Shown here: one piece after another, positions 9,642 through 19,080 of the stretch
Layout: every line of letters starts with the position of its first letter
Position numbering within the stretch: the first letter of the stretch is position 1
Source of the DNA: a virus
Length of the DNA stretch: 64,000 nucleotides
IMG/VR virus record: IMGVR_UViG_3300045973_000311
Strand: one strand, 5' to 3'
Notes under the pieces: model-generated
Seen by the model: the letters and a program-made list of their open reading frames with translations, nothing else
Told to the model about the DNA's origin: nothing
Databases searched by the model: none
Position numbers and translations under genes: made by a program

Positions 9642-11155
9642 TGTTGGGATTCCGGTAAGTTGGGGTCTGGATGGATGACGGACACAGGCGATGCGGAAGG
9701 CTTGGGCGCGAGGTTTGCGTCTTTTTTCATGCGCTCCCACTTGGCTTGCTGATCGACGACATCGCGCGGGTTGGCGCCACGGCGGCGGATGATTTCCGGG
9801 CCGCTGATGTAGTTGTTTTCCTCGAGGAGCTGCAGGCCTTCGGCTTCCTTCTTCGGATCGATCCAGGGCATTTGCTGGGAGATGAACAGAGCGTCATCCA
9901 GTGTGTCGCGATCCAGTTCGCCGGGCAGTTTCAGCAGGCCGGAAAGTTCAGCTAGAGCGACGAATCGTTTCCACAAGGGCTCGACGATCTGCGACGTAAA
10001 CGCTTCGGCGAGAACGGCGTAGTGCACCCACTGCTCGACGAGCTCCTGGCGCTGGGCACTGTAGGTGCCGTTGTAGTTGCGCGACAGGCTTGAATGACTG
10101 GTACCTAGACCGGCTGCCGCGGCGCGTAACTGGCCATCGCGATGCGCCGGCAAATTGACGTTGGGGCGGTTGGTATCGATGGTGCCGATTTCTTCACCAG
10201 GGGCCAAATCGTCGAAAATCATGCCGGGCTGGAAGCGCATCGAGCGGGCGATGGGATTACCGTTGGAATCCTTGTTGCCGTCGTACAGATCCGGCGTACC
10301 CTTCTTGATGTACGCGGCCATGCTGGCGGCGATCTTAGCAGCGATGCGTTCGGATTCTTCGTAATCCTTGAGATCCTCGAGGCGGGTGATGACGCTGGCG
10401 AAGATGGAAACGCCGCGGCTCTGCCCGATGCGATCGATCAGTTTGAGGTGCAGCATGCGCTCGGCAGGAATGATCCGGATATCCTGCGATTGCGTCATGT
10501 AGTTCATCAGGTTGAGATAGCCGTTACCCGGATGTACCTTGAAAACGCGATAGGCTTTGGCCTGCCCCCAGGCATTGCGGGCGATACCGCCCTGCCCGTC
10601 CTTGATGAATAGTTCATCTTCAGTAGGGACTTGTTCCGGCTCGAGCAGCTCGATGGATAGCGGCACCTTGGTGCGATGATCGAGCAGCGGGACATTGCCT
10701 TCGAGGAGCTGGGCAAAGGATTCGCCATCGCGCAGCCAGGTACGGCACATGAGGCGCTGGCAGGCGGCCATGTTGTGCATGTAGGTGACTTCGGGCGTTT
10801 GACAGAAGTCTTTCCAGAGCTTGCTGAGCTGCAGGGCTACATCGTCGAGGATTTCTCCGGAGACGGAGCGCGGCTGCGGTTCAATGGCGATACCGTTGGG
10901 TCCGACGATATTGTTGACCATCGTGCTGAGCGCCCCGCGGGCCAGATCGTGGTTGCGATCGAGATGGCGAGCTTGGGCACGAATAGCACGGGCTTCCTTG
11001 CGGGCATGCAGATCGCCGGAGAAATGGTCATGGCTGAATTTGCGCAACGTGCTGGGCCGGGATGACTCATAGCCGGCCATGAGGGCGCGAAAACGCGAGC
11101 GGCGAAAGGCGCTCTCCGGCGAGACGTAGGCGACCAGCCGATCAAGAATGTTCAC
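9638..11155 (-). CDS. Portal protein, lambda family
   Basis: RAQARHLDRNHDLARGAL...GQSRGVS...NYNGTYSAQRQELVE...MPWIDPKKE. Confidence 0.93.
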   Translation of the reverse strand: MNILDRLVAYVSPESAFRRSRFRALMAGYESSRPSTLRKFSHDHFSGDLHARKEARAIRAQARHLDRNHDLARGALSTMVNNIVGPNGIAIEPQPRSVSGEILDDVALQLSKLWKDFCQTPEVTYMHNMAACQRLMCRTWLRDGESFAQLLEGNVPLLDHRTKVPLSIELLEPEQVPTEDELFIKDGQGGIARNAWGQAKAYRVFKVHPGNGYLNLMNYMTQSQDIRIIPAERMLHLKLIDRIGQSRGVSIFASVITRLEDLKDYEESERIAAKIAASMAAYIKKGTPDLYDGNKDSNGNPIARSMRFQPGMIFDDLAPGEEIGTIDTNRPNVNLPAHRDGQLRAAAAGLGTSHSSLSRNYNGTYSAQRQELVEQWVHYAVLAEAFTSQIVEPLWKRFVALAELSGLLKLPGELDRDTLDDALFISQQMPWIDPKKEAEGLQLLEENNYISGPEIIRRRGANPRDVVDQQAKWERMKKDANLAPKPSASPVSVIHPDPNLPESQQ

Positions 11156-11367
11156 GAGAAATCCGCCTGGCTGAATCCGGCCCTACCGAAGCCCATTTGG
11201 CTGCGGTTTTCAGCGGCGACGCGGCGTTCGAGGTTTTCGCGTTCCTTGCGGACTTCGGCGAGGTTGGCGAGGGTCAGCGTACGATCACCGAGCTGTGTGG
11301 ATTGCCCGAGGAGAATCTTTTTCTCGGCAGCAAGGTAAAGGGTGAGGAGGTCGGAGGCAGTAGACAT
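11152..11367 (-). CDS. Head-tail joining protein (gpW-like)
   Basis: YLAAEKKILLGQS...RTLTLANLAEVRK; position before the portal gene. Confidence 0.75.
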   Translation of the reverse strand: MSTASDLLTLYLAAEKKILLGQSTQLGDRTLTLANLAEVRKERENLERRVAAENRSQMGFGRAGFSQADFS

Positions 11368-11417
11368 GCCCCCGATGGTAGGGATTTGGTTGTCCGGTTT
11401 CTTCCCATAAAACCGGA
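11363..11417 (-). promoter_or_regulatory. Putative activator-dependent late promoter 1 (same dyad plus TACCAT)
   Basis: Near-identical to 4307..4360; lies immediately downstream of the Mor-family gene. Confidence 0.7.
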
Positions 11418-11426
11418 ATTTGTCGT

Positions 11427-11726
11427 CTAGGAGCGGCCGACTATTTCATAAAGCCGGCTTTTGCTGATTCCGTATTTGTGCATGATCTGGTCCCGGTTTC
11501 TGCCGTTGAATTCGGCCCGTATGCTTTCGTCCCGCGTGCTTTTGTCTTCGGCCGGGATATAGATTTCCTGCCCGCCAAGGCGACGTCGCAGGCCGCGCGT
11601 GAGGGCAGCGGCGATCTGTTCGGCGAAATGGTCGGTGAAGCCGATTTCCTCGCGAACGATGACGGACATTTCGTTGAGGAGTTCGGTGGCGGCGATCTTT
11701 TCGCCGAGTCGATCCTTGATAGTCAT
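11427..11726 (-). CDS. Mor/C-family transcription activator
   Basis: LGGQEIYIP...RDESIRAEFNGRNRDQIMHKYGISKSRLYEIV, a Mor-type C-terminal HTH. Confidence 0.85.
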   Translation of the reverse strand: MTIKDRLGEKIAATELLNEMSVIVREEIGFTDHFAEQIAAALTRGLRRRLGGQEIYIPAEDKSTRDESIRAEFNGRNRDQIMHKYGISKSRLYEIVGRS

Positions 11727-13750
11727 AAGCGAGTACTCCAGGCATCACTGACCAGCGGTTTTTCCGGTCGGGCTTTTGGGGTCGCCGGCGTTTGGGGTGG
11801 AGGCGCTAAGCTGGACGACGGCGAGACGTAGACCGGCGGACGGTCGACGGGCGGTGTTGTGGGCGTTGTTGTGGGTGTTGCATCTGTGACAGACGTGTGC
11901 ACTGGTGAGGCGAACAGATCCGTGATGGCCGGGATGACACGGCGGCGCAGGGTTGCCCAGTCTTGCGGGGTCTTGCGATGGAGGCCGAGAAAATAGGCAG
12001 CAGCCAGGTTATAGACGGATGTATCGAGGGCTTCGTTGCGGTCGGCTTTGTTTTTTACCCATTCGCTGATGCGATGGCCTTTGCGATAACGGGTCAGACG
12101 TCGTTCGGCCGTTAGCTGCTTGTAGTACTCGTCCGGCAGATCCTTGGAGAAATGGATGGCGCCGGGACCGGTTTCGAGATTCCAGCGGCTGGCCAACCAG
12201 TCTTTGGCGGTATCGGTACCAATGAACCAGAGTTCGACACCGCGCGGATCCGAGCGGCCGCGGAAATTGACGTCCATTTTGCTGGGCTTGTTGGCGATGA
12301 TCGGCCGCCCTGGACGTGAGGCGCCCTTGATGGCCAGTATCTTCCGGTTTCGGCGCAGGCGGCAGTAGTTGTACACATCCTGAGTATTGGCTCCGCCGGA
12401 GTCGATACAGGTTGCGCTGATTGGCAAGGGCGTGCCGGAGGGGTGCGGCAGGTATTCGCCTAGGATGCCATCGAGATCGCGCCAGACGGCATCTTCGGCG
12501 GGCGATCCCCAGATGACTTGATGGTCGATCGTCCAGCGCTCCATGCCTTCGCCCCAGCCGATGATATCCAGCTCGAGGCGATTCGGCTGGACGTCGACGG
12601 CGGATGTAAGGACGAGGCAGGCCGCGGGAATGGTACGCAAGCGGAAATCTTCGGCACGCGCCTTGAGCTGATCGGATTTGGCGCTTTCTTCGCTGGGGTT
12701 CCATACCCGCGCCAGGCGGGTGTTGTAGAAAACCTGCATGGCCTCCTGATCACCCCGGGCGAGCGCGGCCTTGGCCTTTTCGTATTGCTTGGCAAGCGAG
12801 AGCCAGGATACCCAGCCGAGGGGCGCATTGAGGGCCGAGAGTTCAAAGCTGACTGTACGTCCGCCATCGCCTTCAGTTTGGGCGATCCACACGCCACGTG
12901 GGAGCATGTTGGATTTTTCGTGCTCCTGGATCTCGCCACCACACTCGGGACAAACGGACCAGGCAACAGTAAGGGCGGCATCGTACTTGATGCGTTCCCA
13001 CTCGATGATATGGTAATGATCACAATGCGGGCAGGGGACGTGGTACCGGCGCTGGTCGCCTTCTTCGTAGAGGATCTGGATCCGACTGGCACCAAAGAGC
13101 GTGGGCGAGCTGGAAAAGTATATTTTGGCCTGGTATTCGAAAGTGCTGGTCCGGGCCTCAGCGAGCTCGACGGGATCGCCTTCGCCGTCGACCGAGGTAT
13201 CCCAGCGGTCGATTTCGTCGCCATAGACGTATCGGGCGGGAATTTCGGCGAGATTCGAGGCGCTGCCGGCGGTTGTGATGTAGAGCGTCCCGCCGTCGAA
13301 TTCTTTAGTATCAGCCGTGTTTTTGCTGTCGCGCGATCGCGGCTCGGCGACGCGCTCGCGAAGCTCCGGAATGGCCTTGATCGTTTCGGCAATACGGGAG
13401 GAAACGCGCTTGGCAATGCCCAAGGTAGGCAACAGTGTGAGTATGTTGGCCGGCGCCTGGTGAATGCTGGCAGCGATCCAGTTGAGCCCGACCTGCGTCT
13501 TGAGCAGCTGCGATGCGCCTTTGACGATGACGCGCCGGCATGGGTGGCCAGGTGACAGGCAGCGCATGACATCGCGAGCATAGGGCGTGCGATCGGTACG
13601 ATAGGGGCCGGATTCGGCGGCGCCTGATTTTTTCGGGATGACCATGTAACGGTCAGACCATTCGTCGACGAGCATGGAAGGATCCGGCTGGACGCCAGCA
13701 GAGAAGCCGTCCATGTAGATCTGGTAGCCGTCGGCAATCTGGTTGTCCAT
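11723..13750 (-). CDS. Terminase large subunit (lambda gpA family)
   Basis: RTPYARDVM, KGASQLLKT Walker A variant, YGDEIDRW, SSPT, CPHC...CPEC, NEALDTSVY. Confidence 0.95.
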   Translation of the reverse strand: MDNQIADGYQIYMDGFSAGVQPDPSMLVDEWSDRYMVIPKKSGAAESGPYRTDRTPYARDVMRCLSPGHPCRRVIVKGASQLLKTQVGLNWIAASIHQAPANILTLLPTLGIAKRVSSRIAETIKAIPELRERVAEPRSRDSKNTADTKEFDGGTLYITTAGSASNLAEIPARYVYGDEIDRWDTSVDGEGDPVELAEARTSTFEYQAKIYFSSSPTLFGASRIQILYEEGDQRRYHVPCPHCDHYHIIEWERIKYDAALTVAWSVCPECGGEIQEHEKSNMLPRGVWIAQTEGDGGRTVSFELSALNAPLGWVSWLSLAKQYEKAKAALARGDQEAMQVFYNTRLARVWNPSEESAKSDQLKARAEDFRLRTIPAACLVLTSAVDVQPNRLELDIIGWGEGMERWTIDHQVIWGSPAEDAVWRDLDGILGEYLPHPSGTPLPISATCIDSGGANTQDVYNYCRLRRNRKILAIKGASRPGRPIIANKPSKMDVNFRGRSDPRGVELWFIGTDTAKDWLASRWNLETGPGAIHFSKDLPDEYYKQLTAERRLTRYRKGHRISEWVKNKADRNEALDTSVYNLAAAYFLGLHRKTPQDWATLRRRVIPAITDLFASPVHTSVTDATPTTTPTTPPVDRPPVYVSPSSSLAPPPQTPATPKARPEKPLVSDAWSTRL

Positions 13751-14325
13751 TAGTCAGACGCCTTTGAGAAGCCGGCTTGCGCTAGCTGAGACAGCGCATC
13801 GAGAACCTTGCGCAGTTCTTCGCTCATCCTTGCTTCGATCGCGCGAGCATCCCCTTGCGCAGCTAGTTCCGACGCCATGCGCGAGGGGATAGAAAGGATC
13901 ATGTCTCGCAATTGACGACCACTGTCATAGCCAGCTCGACGCACTTCATCCTTGTCGACCAGTTGGCCTGAGTCTTTGGCAAGCGCCAGCCGAGCCCGAT
14001 TGAGCTCAACGATCTCGCGCTCTGTTTTCGCGTCCCAATAACGGTTGCCCTCTTCGCGCTTCCCGCCGGAGGCTTGATCGCCGCTTTTTGGCGCAGCCGT
14101 TTCGCGTCCGGCATTGGCACGGGCAGACTGGTCCGGATCCGTATTGCTGTCCCATTGAATGTCAGCCACCTCGGGATCAATCTTCGCCCTGCCTTTTTCA
14201 TCTAGGATGGTCGTAATCCGACCGGACTCGATTGCCTTCTGGACGGCGCGCAAGGTAATTCCAGGCAGGCCGTGTGTTTCGCGATGGCGGGCGTATTCGC
14301 GGTACCCCATCAACTGACGACTCAC
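13750..14325 (-). CDS. Terminase small subunit (Nu1-like)
   Basis: N-terminal wHTH (YARHR...LRAVQKAIESGRI) plus coiled coil; abuts the large subunit. Confidence 0.8.
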   Translation of the reverse strand: MSRQLMGYREYARHRETHGLPGITLRAVQKAIESGRITTILDEKGRAKIDPEVADIQWDSNTDPDQSARANAGRETAAPKSGDQASGGKREEGNRYWDAKTEREIVELNRARLALAKDSGQLVDKDEVRRAGYDSGRQLRDMILSIPSRMASELAAQGDARAIEARMSEELRKVLDALSQLAQAGFSKASD

Positions 14326-14396
14326 TTTGACACCCGATCAGACCAATCGACAACCCGAACGACTACCCCGACGAAACCCCACCCACTAGCACAAAA

Positions 14397-14440
14397 ACGA
14401 GGTGCGAATGTCCCGTGTTCCGATGGTTCCGGGAGGACCC
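14397..14440 (-). promoter_or_regulatory. Putative cos site (cosQ-like GGGTCCT plus cosN-like dyad)
   Basis: Minus strand ACGGGTCCT...ACG-GGACATTCGCACCT-CGT upstream of terS, arranged like lambda cosQ-cosN. Confidence 0.55.
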
Positions 14441-14470
14441 GTGACGGGTCGATGGGGTGAGGCGTCGAGA

Positions 14471-15247
14471 TCATAGGCCACGCTCCTGGAGCATCTGGTC
14501 GAGGTACTGGCCGAACGCATGCTTGAATTCTTTAAGGGCTTCACGTTCGCCAACACCATAGAAGTCGAGACGGCGACGGTAAGACGGGGAATGGACAAAG
14601 AGGATGATCGGTTTTATCGAGCTGCCATGGGCCAGAGTGAAACGCTGGTAAATACCGGCCTTGAGTTTTCCGTGTGGCTTGACCAGGGCGAAGTAGGCGA
14701 ATCCACGTTGACCATTGCGCTTGTCTTTGCCAAGGCGTGTCCGCGTTCGATCAGTCATATTAGCTTTGTAGCCCTGTTCGCCCATGGCGTTGAACCATGC
14801 CAGTATCTGGACGATCTGACTTCCCTTGAGGTTACCGTAAGGGTCTATCTGTGCTGCAATAGTGGGCACACAGAACATACCGGCTGGCAGGATCCCCATC
14901 CTGTTCAGTGCTTTCTCGAATCGTTTGAGATGACGGTTTCCACCAAAGATCTCGGCATTCAAAACCTGATCGACCGAGACACCAGTCTTGTTTCCCCATC
15001 GATCGAAGTCAATGGTTGCACTCAGCTTGTCGAGACTGGCCTTGGCATAGCGGACCGACCCCATCACCCAGGGCGTGGGGCGATCGAACACTGATGCCAT
15101 CTCTGCTTTAGTTGCCTGGGCCCCGACATATGCTGCAGAGTTCAAAGCAGATGCTATAGCCGTCTTGATCTTGCTGTCAGACAACCCGCGCCGGCGAGCC
15201 TGCATAGCAGCGAGAGCAGATGTATCGACTTTGACGTTGATGGACAT
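14471..15247 (-). CDS. Conserved phage protein (minor-tail-like, basic), 258 aa
   Basis: Clean ORF with an FDRPTP motif; function uncertain. Confidence 0.55.
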   Translation of the reverse strand: MSINVKVDTSALAAMQARRRGLSDSKIKTAIASALNSAAYVGAQATKAEMASVFDRPTPWVMGSVRYAKASLDKLSATIDFDRWGNKTGVSVDQVLNAEIFGGNRHLKRFEKALNRMGILPAGMFCVPTIAAQIDPYGNLKGSQIVQILAWFNAMGEQGYKANMTDRTRTRLGKDKRNGQRGFAYFALVKPHGKLKAGIYQRFTLAHGSSIKPIILFVHSPSYRRRLDFYGVGEREALKEFKHAFGQYLDQMLQERGL

Positions 15248-15645
15248 TATGGATTCCAGTATTGACAGGCTGATCCCCGATCATCGGGAAGGCGGCGTAG
15301 ATGATTGCCCGGGCAATAGGCAAAGGGGGTGTCGATAGGCTGGGCGCAGTAGCCGGGATCGGACTTGCCGACGCGCGTCAGGTGAGCGCAGGTCGTACAG
15401 ACGTGTGCCGGGCGAATCTGCGGGATGGGCATCGGGACGTGGTAAGTAGCAGCCGTTGTCTTGCACCAGCCGGCCCACTGGCTGATCAGCAGACGATCAC
15501 CCGAATTGAGCGTCGCACGGATTGCCTCGCCGACTTCATCGGCATCGGCTTTGGTCCATTCGCCATTGGCCAGGCGAGCGGAAACGATCCGGTTGAGATC
15601 GGTGCGCATCTGATCGCGAAGTGAGTCGAGTTCGCTCATCGCCAT
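15247..15645 (-). CDS. Hypothetical protein with Cys-rich C-terminus
   Basis: 132 aa; CTTC...C...C...C; stop overlaps the next start. Confidence 0.55.
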   Translation of the reverse strand: MAMSELDSLRDQMRTDLNRIVSARLANGEWTKADADEVGEAIRATLNSGDRLLISQWAGWCKTTAATYHVPMPIPQIRPAHVCTTCAHLTRVGKSDPGYCAQPIDTPFAYCPGNHLRRLPDDRGSACQYWNP

Positions 15646-15646
15646 G

Positions 15647-15904
15647 TTCCCAACCTTCCCAACCTAGTTTTTGAGGTTGGGAACATCCGTTCCTTGTCCT
15701 GCCTGCTTCTTCCCAACCTTCCCAACCTTCCCAACCTTTTTTCATGGTCATCATGCGCGTGCACGTACACGCGTGGGTGTGTGCGTCCGTGCACACGGGA
15801 GCGGAGGTTGGGAACGTTGGGAAGGTTGGGAACTCCCTTGTGCTGAAAGGCTTTCAACTTCCCAACATCGGAACACAGGTTGGGAAGGTTGGGAAGGTTG
15901 GGAA
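15647..15904. repeat. Iteron-like array (13 x TTCCCAAC, both orientations), putative replication origin
   Basis: Clusters of 2+1+3+3+1+3 units with roughly 9-bp periodicity, non-coding, immediately after the primase gene. Confidence 0.75.
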
Positions 15905-15948
15905 GCGGGAGGAAGATCATGCCGGGAAGTTCCAGGCGACATATCGGG

Positions 15949-18330
15949 CTAGATGTAGCCATGGTCCACCTCCTCCTTTGCAGGAACCGTGCCACGCATC
16001 TCAAGCGCCATCATCTGGGGCGAAAGGTACAGGCGTCGTTCGCCGGGGTCAGCCGCTAGACGTTGTTCCTTTCGGCCGCAGCCGAGCTTCTTGAGGACGA
16101 TACCGAGCCGTGTAACGATGGCCGGGGTCAGCTTGTCGGCAGTCAGGTTGAGACCGTCACGCGCCGCCTCCGCCATTGAGAACGGCACCATGCGGGTTTT
16201 CACCCAATCGAGCAGAATGTCCTCGAAGGGCTCCTGCATGCCGCGTTTGGCCTGTTCCGGCGTGAATAGGCGCTTTTGTTCCTCCGGTGAGGGGTAGGCC
16301 TTCTCCCCGGCCTGAAAATCAGCCAGCGCCTCGGCGTACATCTGCGGCAAGGCATCCCGCAAGCCGTCTAGATTGAACTCATCGCCGCACATGATCGGCC
16401 AGAAACGGCGCCCGCCGGTCGCATCCTTGAGGTATTCCTCCTCGTTGGTGGTCCCGATGAAGACGTTTTGGCGCGGTACCTTGATCAGGCGCTGGCCATA
16501 GGGTGGGCGGAATTCATCCTCTTGCCGGCTGAGGAATGACTTTTGTTTGCGCTCCTCAGCCTTCATGAGCGAGCCCAGCTCCGCGATCTCATAGACCCAA
16601 TGCCCCGGCAAGGCCAGAAGAGAATCTTTGTTTGACAGGTCGAGGTCGGTATCGCAGAACCAGTGCCAGGCCAGAAGCCGGGCAACAGTTGATTTCCCCC
16701 TGCCCTGCTCACCCTCGAGCACCAGGGCGTAGTCAAACTTGCAGCCGGGCCGCATGACGCGCTGAATCATGCCGCGTAGAAAGAACTTGCCGACCAGCTG
16801 CGTGTATTCAGTCTTAACCACGCCCAGAAAATCGCTCAGCCAATCACCATTGCGCGATATGCCGTCCCATGGTGCGAGCTTGGCCAGCGCCTCACGGACC
16901 GGGTGATACTTTCGGTCACGGGCCATCGATTCGACGGCCTTGCCGACCGTCATCGGCGAAAACTCAACACGCCAGGTGCGCTGCATCCAGATCGTTGCCT
17001 TAACATCGAGGTGATCTGACCACTCCCCTGCTGCCGGCCCATTCGGATCGAACGGCAGCGGTTTTCGAAATACCGTTCGTTCCGAGAATTCGTCATAGGC
17101 GATCACATCCGTCCAGGCGTGGGCATGCGACAAGATCAGCTCCGCATTGGCCAGACAACTCGACAGCTCGCCCTTTTTGCTGATCAGGTCGCGTTCCCAG
17201 TTATGGTCAGGCGGAACTTCTCCGAATTCCGGAGGAGGATCATCGGAAGGAGCCCCGTCCCCCGCGGGAGCATTTTTCGCGGCCGGCGCTTTCCGGGCAG
17301 GCCTCGTGGCCTTGCGCTTCTTCGCTTTCAACCAGGGGCTTTCCCAGCCCGCTGCTTCGGCCTTCTTAAAGATGGCGCCGACGCTGGTCATTTCACCCTT
17401 GAACGTCTTCCAGCGCTTTTCCGTATCGGCGGCGCCGGCGTAGTTGGGCGCCCTGGACGACCACGCATCCCACAGGGCATAACCGGCGGCTCCAAGGCTC
17501 GCCCGGCAGGCTTGCCCTATGGCTATCCATTCCTCGTAATCAGACGGGTCAATGAAAGTCAGCGCCTCTTCGGCCAGGGCCACGGTTTGAGCCAGGCTGC
17601 GCTGAAAACCATCCGGACTGGCTGGAATATTAGCGGGCGCAGGCGGGTCTTCGGAAGCCGCAGCCGGCTTTACCTTGCCCGCCTCGACGGTCGCTTTCAG
17701 CCGGGCCAGCGTGCGCGGTGGCATAGGGTTGATGGCGAGTGATGCGCCTGGCCAGACCCGGCCGGTGAAGGTGAAGAACTGGGCACCGATGAAGACCTCG
17801 ACGCCGACCTTGTTCGACTTGAAAGTACGCAGGCCTTCGGCATGTTCCTGCGCGCAGAATATATGCACACCCTTGCCAGACGGGCTCAACTCGGTGTAGC
17901 TATCACAGGCATCGATGATCGCCTCGCAGCGCTCCGAGATCTCGCCTGTCTCGGGATCGATCATGCCGTCCAGGTCGATACCGATCAGACCATCATCGGG
18001 CAGGAAGGCGAAACCAACACCATCGAAATCGCCACGCGATACTGCAGCCACCGCGTCGACCAATGTCACCAGTCGCTTACGATCCTTGTCGCTACCCTGG
18101 TCACTGAAGCGCCGACCGCCATCCGCATAATGCGGCATCTTGCGGTACTTCTTTTCCTCAGTTTCTCCAGGACGATAGCCCCAGACTAGCCACTGCGGTC
18201 GATCTGCAAGCTCAGAAAGCACCGATGGAGGATCTGGCACCGGATTCCGTCGCCTGTAATCGGCGCGATAATCCGGCAGCGCCGCCCAAGGCCACGCTGG
18301 CGCTACTCCCTGATTATTGTTTTCCGACAT
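15949..18330 (-). CDS. Primase-helicase: AEP primase, PriCT-2 and VapE-type SF3 helicase
   Basis: GIDLD...SPSGKGVHIF; YEEWIAIG...WDAWS; EGEQGRGKST, FRPPYG, FIGTTN, TGGRRFWP. Confidence 0.9.
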   Translation of the reverse strand: MSENNNQGVAPAWPWAALPDYRADYRRRNPVPDPPSVLSELADRPQWLVWGYRPGETEEKKYRKMPHYADGGRRFSDQGSDKDRKRLVTLVDAVAAVSRGDFDGVGFAFLPDDGLIGIDLDGMIDPETGEISERCEAIIDACDSYTELSPSGKGVHIFCAQEHAEGLRTFKSNKVGVEVFIGAQFFTFTGRVWPGASLAINPMPPRTLARLKATVEAGKVKPAAASEDPPAPANIPASPDGFQRSLAQTVALAEEALTFIDPSDYEEWIAIGQACRASLGAAGYALWDAWSSRAPNYAGAADTEKRWKTFKGEMTSVGAIFKKAEAAGWESPWLKAKKRKATRPARKAPAAKNAPAGDGAPSDDPPPEFGEVPPDHNWERDLISKKGELSSCLANAELILSHAHAWTDVIAYDEFSERTVFRKPLPFDPNGPAAGEWSDHLDVKATIWMQRTWRVEFSPMTVGKAVESMARDRKYHPVREALAKLAPWDGISRNGDWLSDFLGVVKTEYTQLVGKFFLRGMIQRVMRPGCKFDYALVLEGEQGRGKSTVARLLAWHWFCDTDLDLSNKDSLLALPGHWVYEIAELGSLMKAEERKQKSFLSRQEDEFRPPYGQRLIKVPRQNVFIGTTNEEEYLKDATGGRRFWPIMCGDEFNLDGLRDALPQMYAEALADFQAGEKAYPSPEEQKRLFTPEQAKRGMQEPFEDILLDWVKTRMVPFSMAEAARDGLNLTADKLTPAIVTRLGIVLKKLGCGRKEQRLAADPGERRLYLSPQMMALEMRGTVPAKEEVDHGYI

Positions 18331-18340
18331 GGATAGCCTG

Positions 18341-18799
18341 TTATTCGGCCATTTCTTCCAGTCGGCTCAGCATCGCCGTCATGGCGGCCTGAACCTTATA
18401 GATCGCCTGGCGAACCTCGTGAATCTCATGTTTCTCAACCCGGCCATCGGCCAGCGTTTCATCCATGGCCCGGCCGACATCGCCATTGGCCCGCCAGACC
18501 TGTGTCACCAGCTCGAGTACAGCAAGGTCTGAGGCTAGCGATCCTTCATCGGGCAGCTTGATGAAAACACCGTTGCGCCGGGCCGCCTCGGCATGGGCAA
18601 GCTCGTCGGAGTTACACAGGTCGATGATCGCTTCGGCAGAATCAACGGACAGGAAATGTCGTTCATTGCCGCACAACTGATTGCGCAGTATCTGCGGCTT
18701 AACCACCCGATCCCGCGAACTCATCGCCGCCGCTAAAGCCTCAATACCGCCCGGAAACTTCCGAGCTGCGCGATGCACTGCCAGTCTTAGATCGCTCAT
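18341..18799 (-). CDS. Phage regulatory protein CII-like (CP76 family)
   Basis: FPGGIEALAAAM...LRNQL...HFLSVDSAEAI...LADGRVEKHE; position after cro. Confidence 0.75.
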   Translation of the reverse strand: MSDLRLAVHRAARKFPGGIEALAAAMSSRDRVVKPQILRNQLCGNERHFLSVDSAEAIIDLCNSDELAHAEAARRNGVFIKLPDEGSLASDLAVLELVTQVWRANGDVGRAMDETLADGRVEKHEIHEVRQAIYKVQAAMTAMLSRLEEMAE

Positions 18800-18941
18800 G
18801 TGTGTACACCCTAGAAACATACGTTTTGCATAATCCGCGAACCCGTTAAATTGAATTCACGGAATAGGAATAAAAAACCCGACCCGACCGAGCCGGGAAA
18901 ACATCGCCAGCGTGAAGCCGGCAATGCAGAGAGAGACGGAA

Positions 18942-19073
18942 ATGGAAAACGACATCGCCGAGTTGCAGGCACAACTCGAAGCGCTCAGCGAATTTGTTCT
19001 GGTGCTGCGCGATGAAATAACTGCCCTGCGCAATCGCCTTGATGATGCGGACAAGAACGATGCACAAAGGTAA
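18942..19073 (+). CDS. Small coiled-coil protein, 43 aa (not in ORF track)
   Basis: MENDIAELQAQLEALSEFVLVLRDEITALRNRLDDADKNDAQR* with a purine-rich leader. The overlapping minus ORF looks like a Ser-rich shadow. Confidence 0.5.
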   Translation: MENDIAELQAQLEALSEFVLVLRDEITALRNRLDDADKNDAQR

Positions 19074-19080
19074 TCGGGCA

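Noticed and set aside
12460-13737. 425-aa, 345-aa and 231-aa ORFs overlapping the terminase gene
   Set aside because: Alternate-frame or antisense shadows with Ser/Pro/Arg-biased composition.
15647-15904. Short repeat array as a CRISPR
   Set aside because: Units are 8-9 bp, in both orientations, without unique 30-40 nt spacers or cas genes; it fits iterons.
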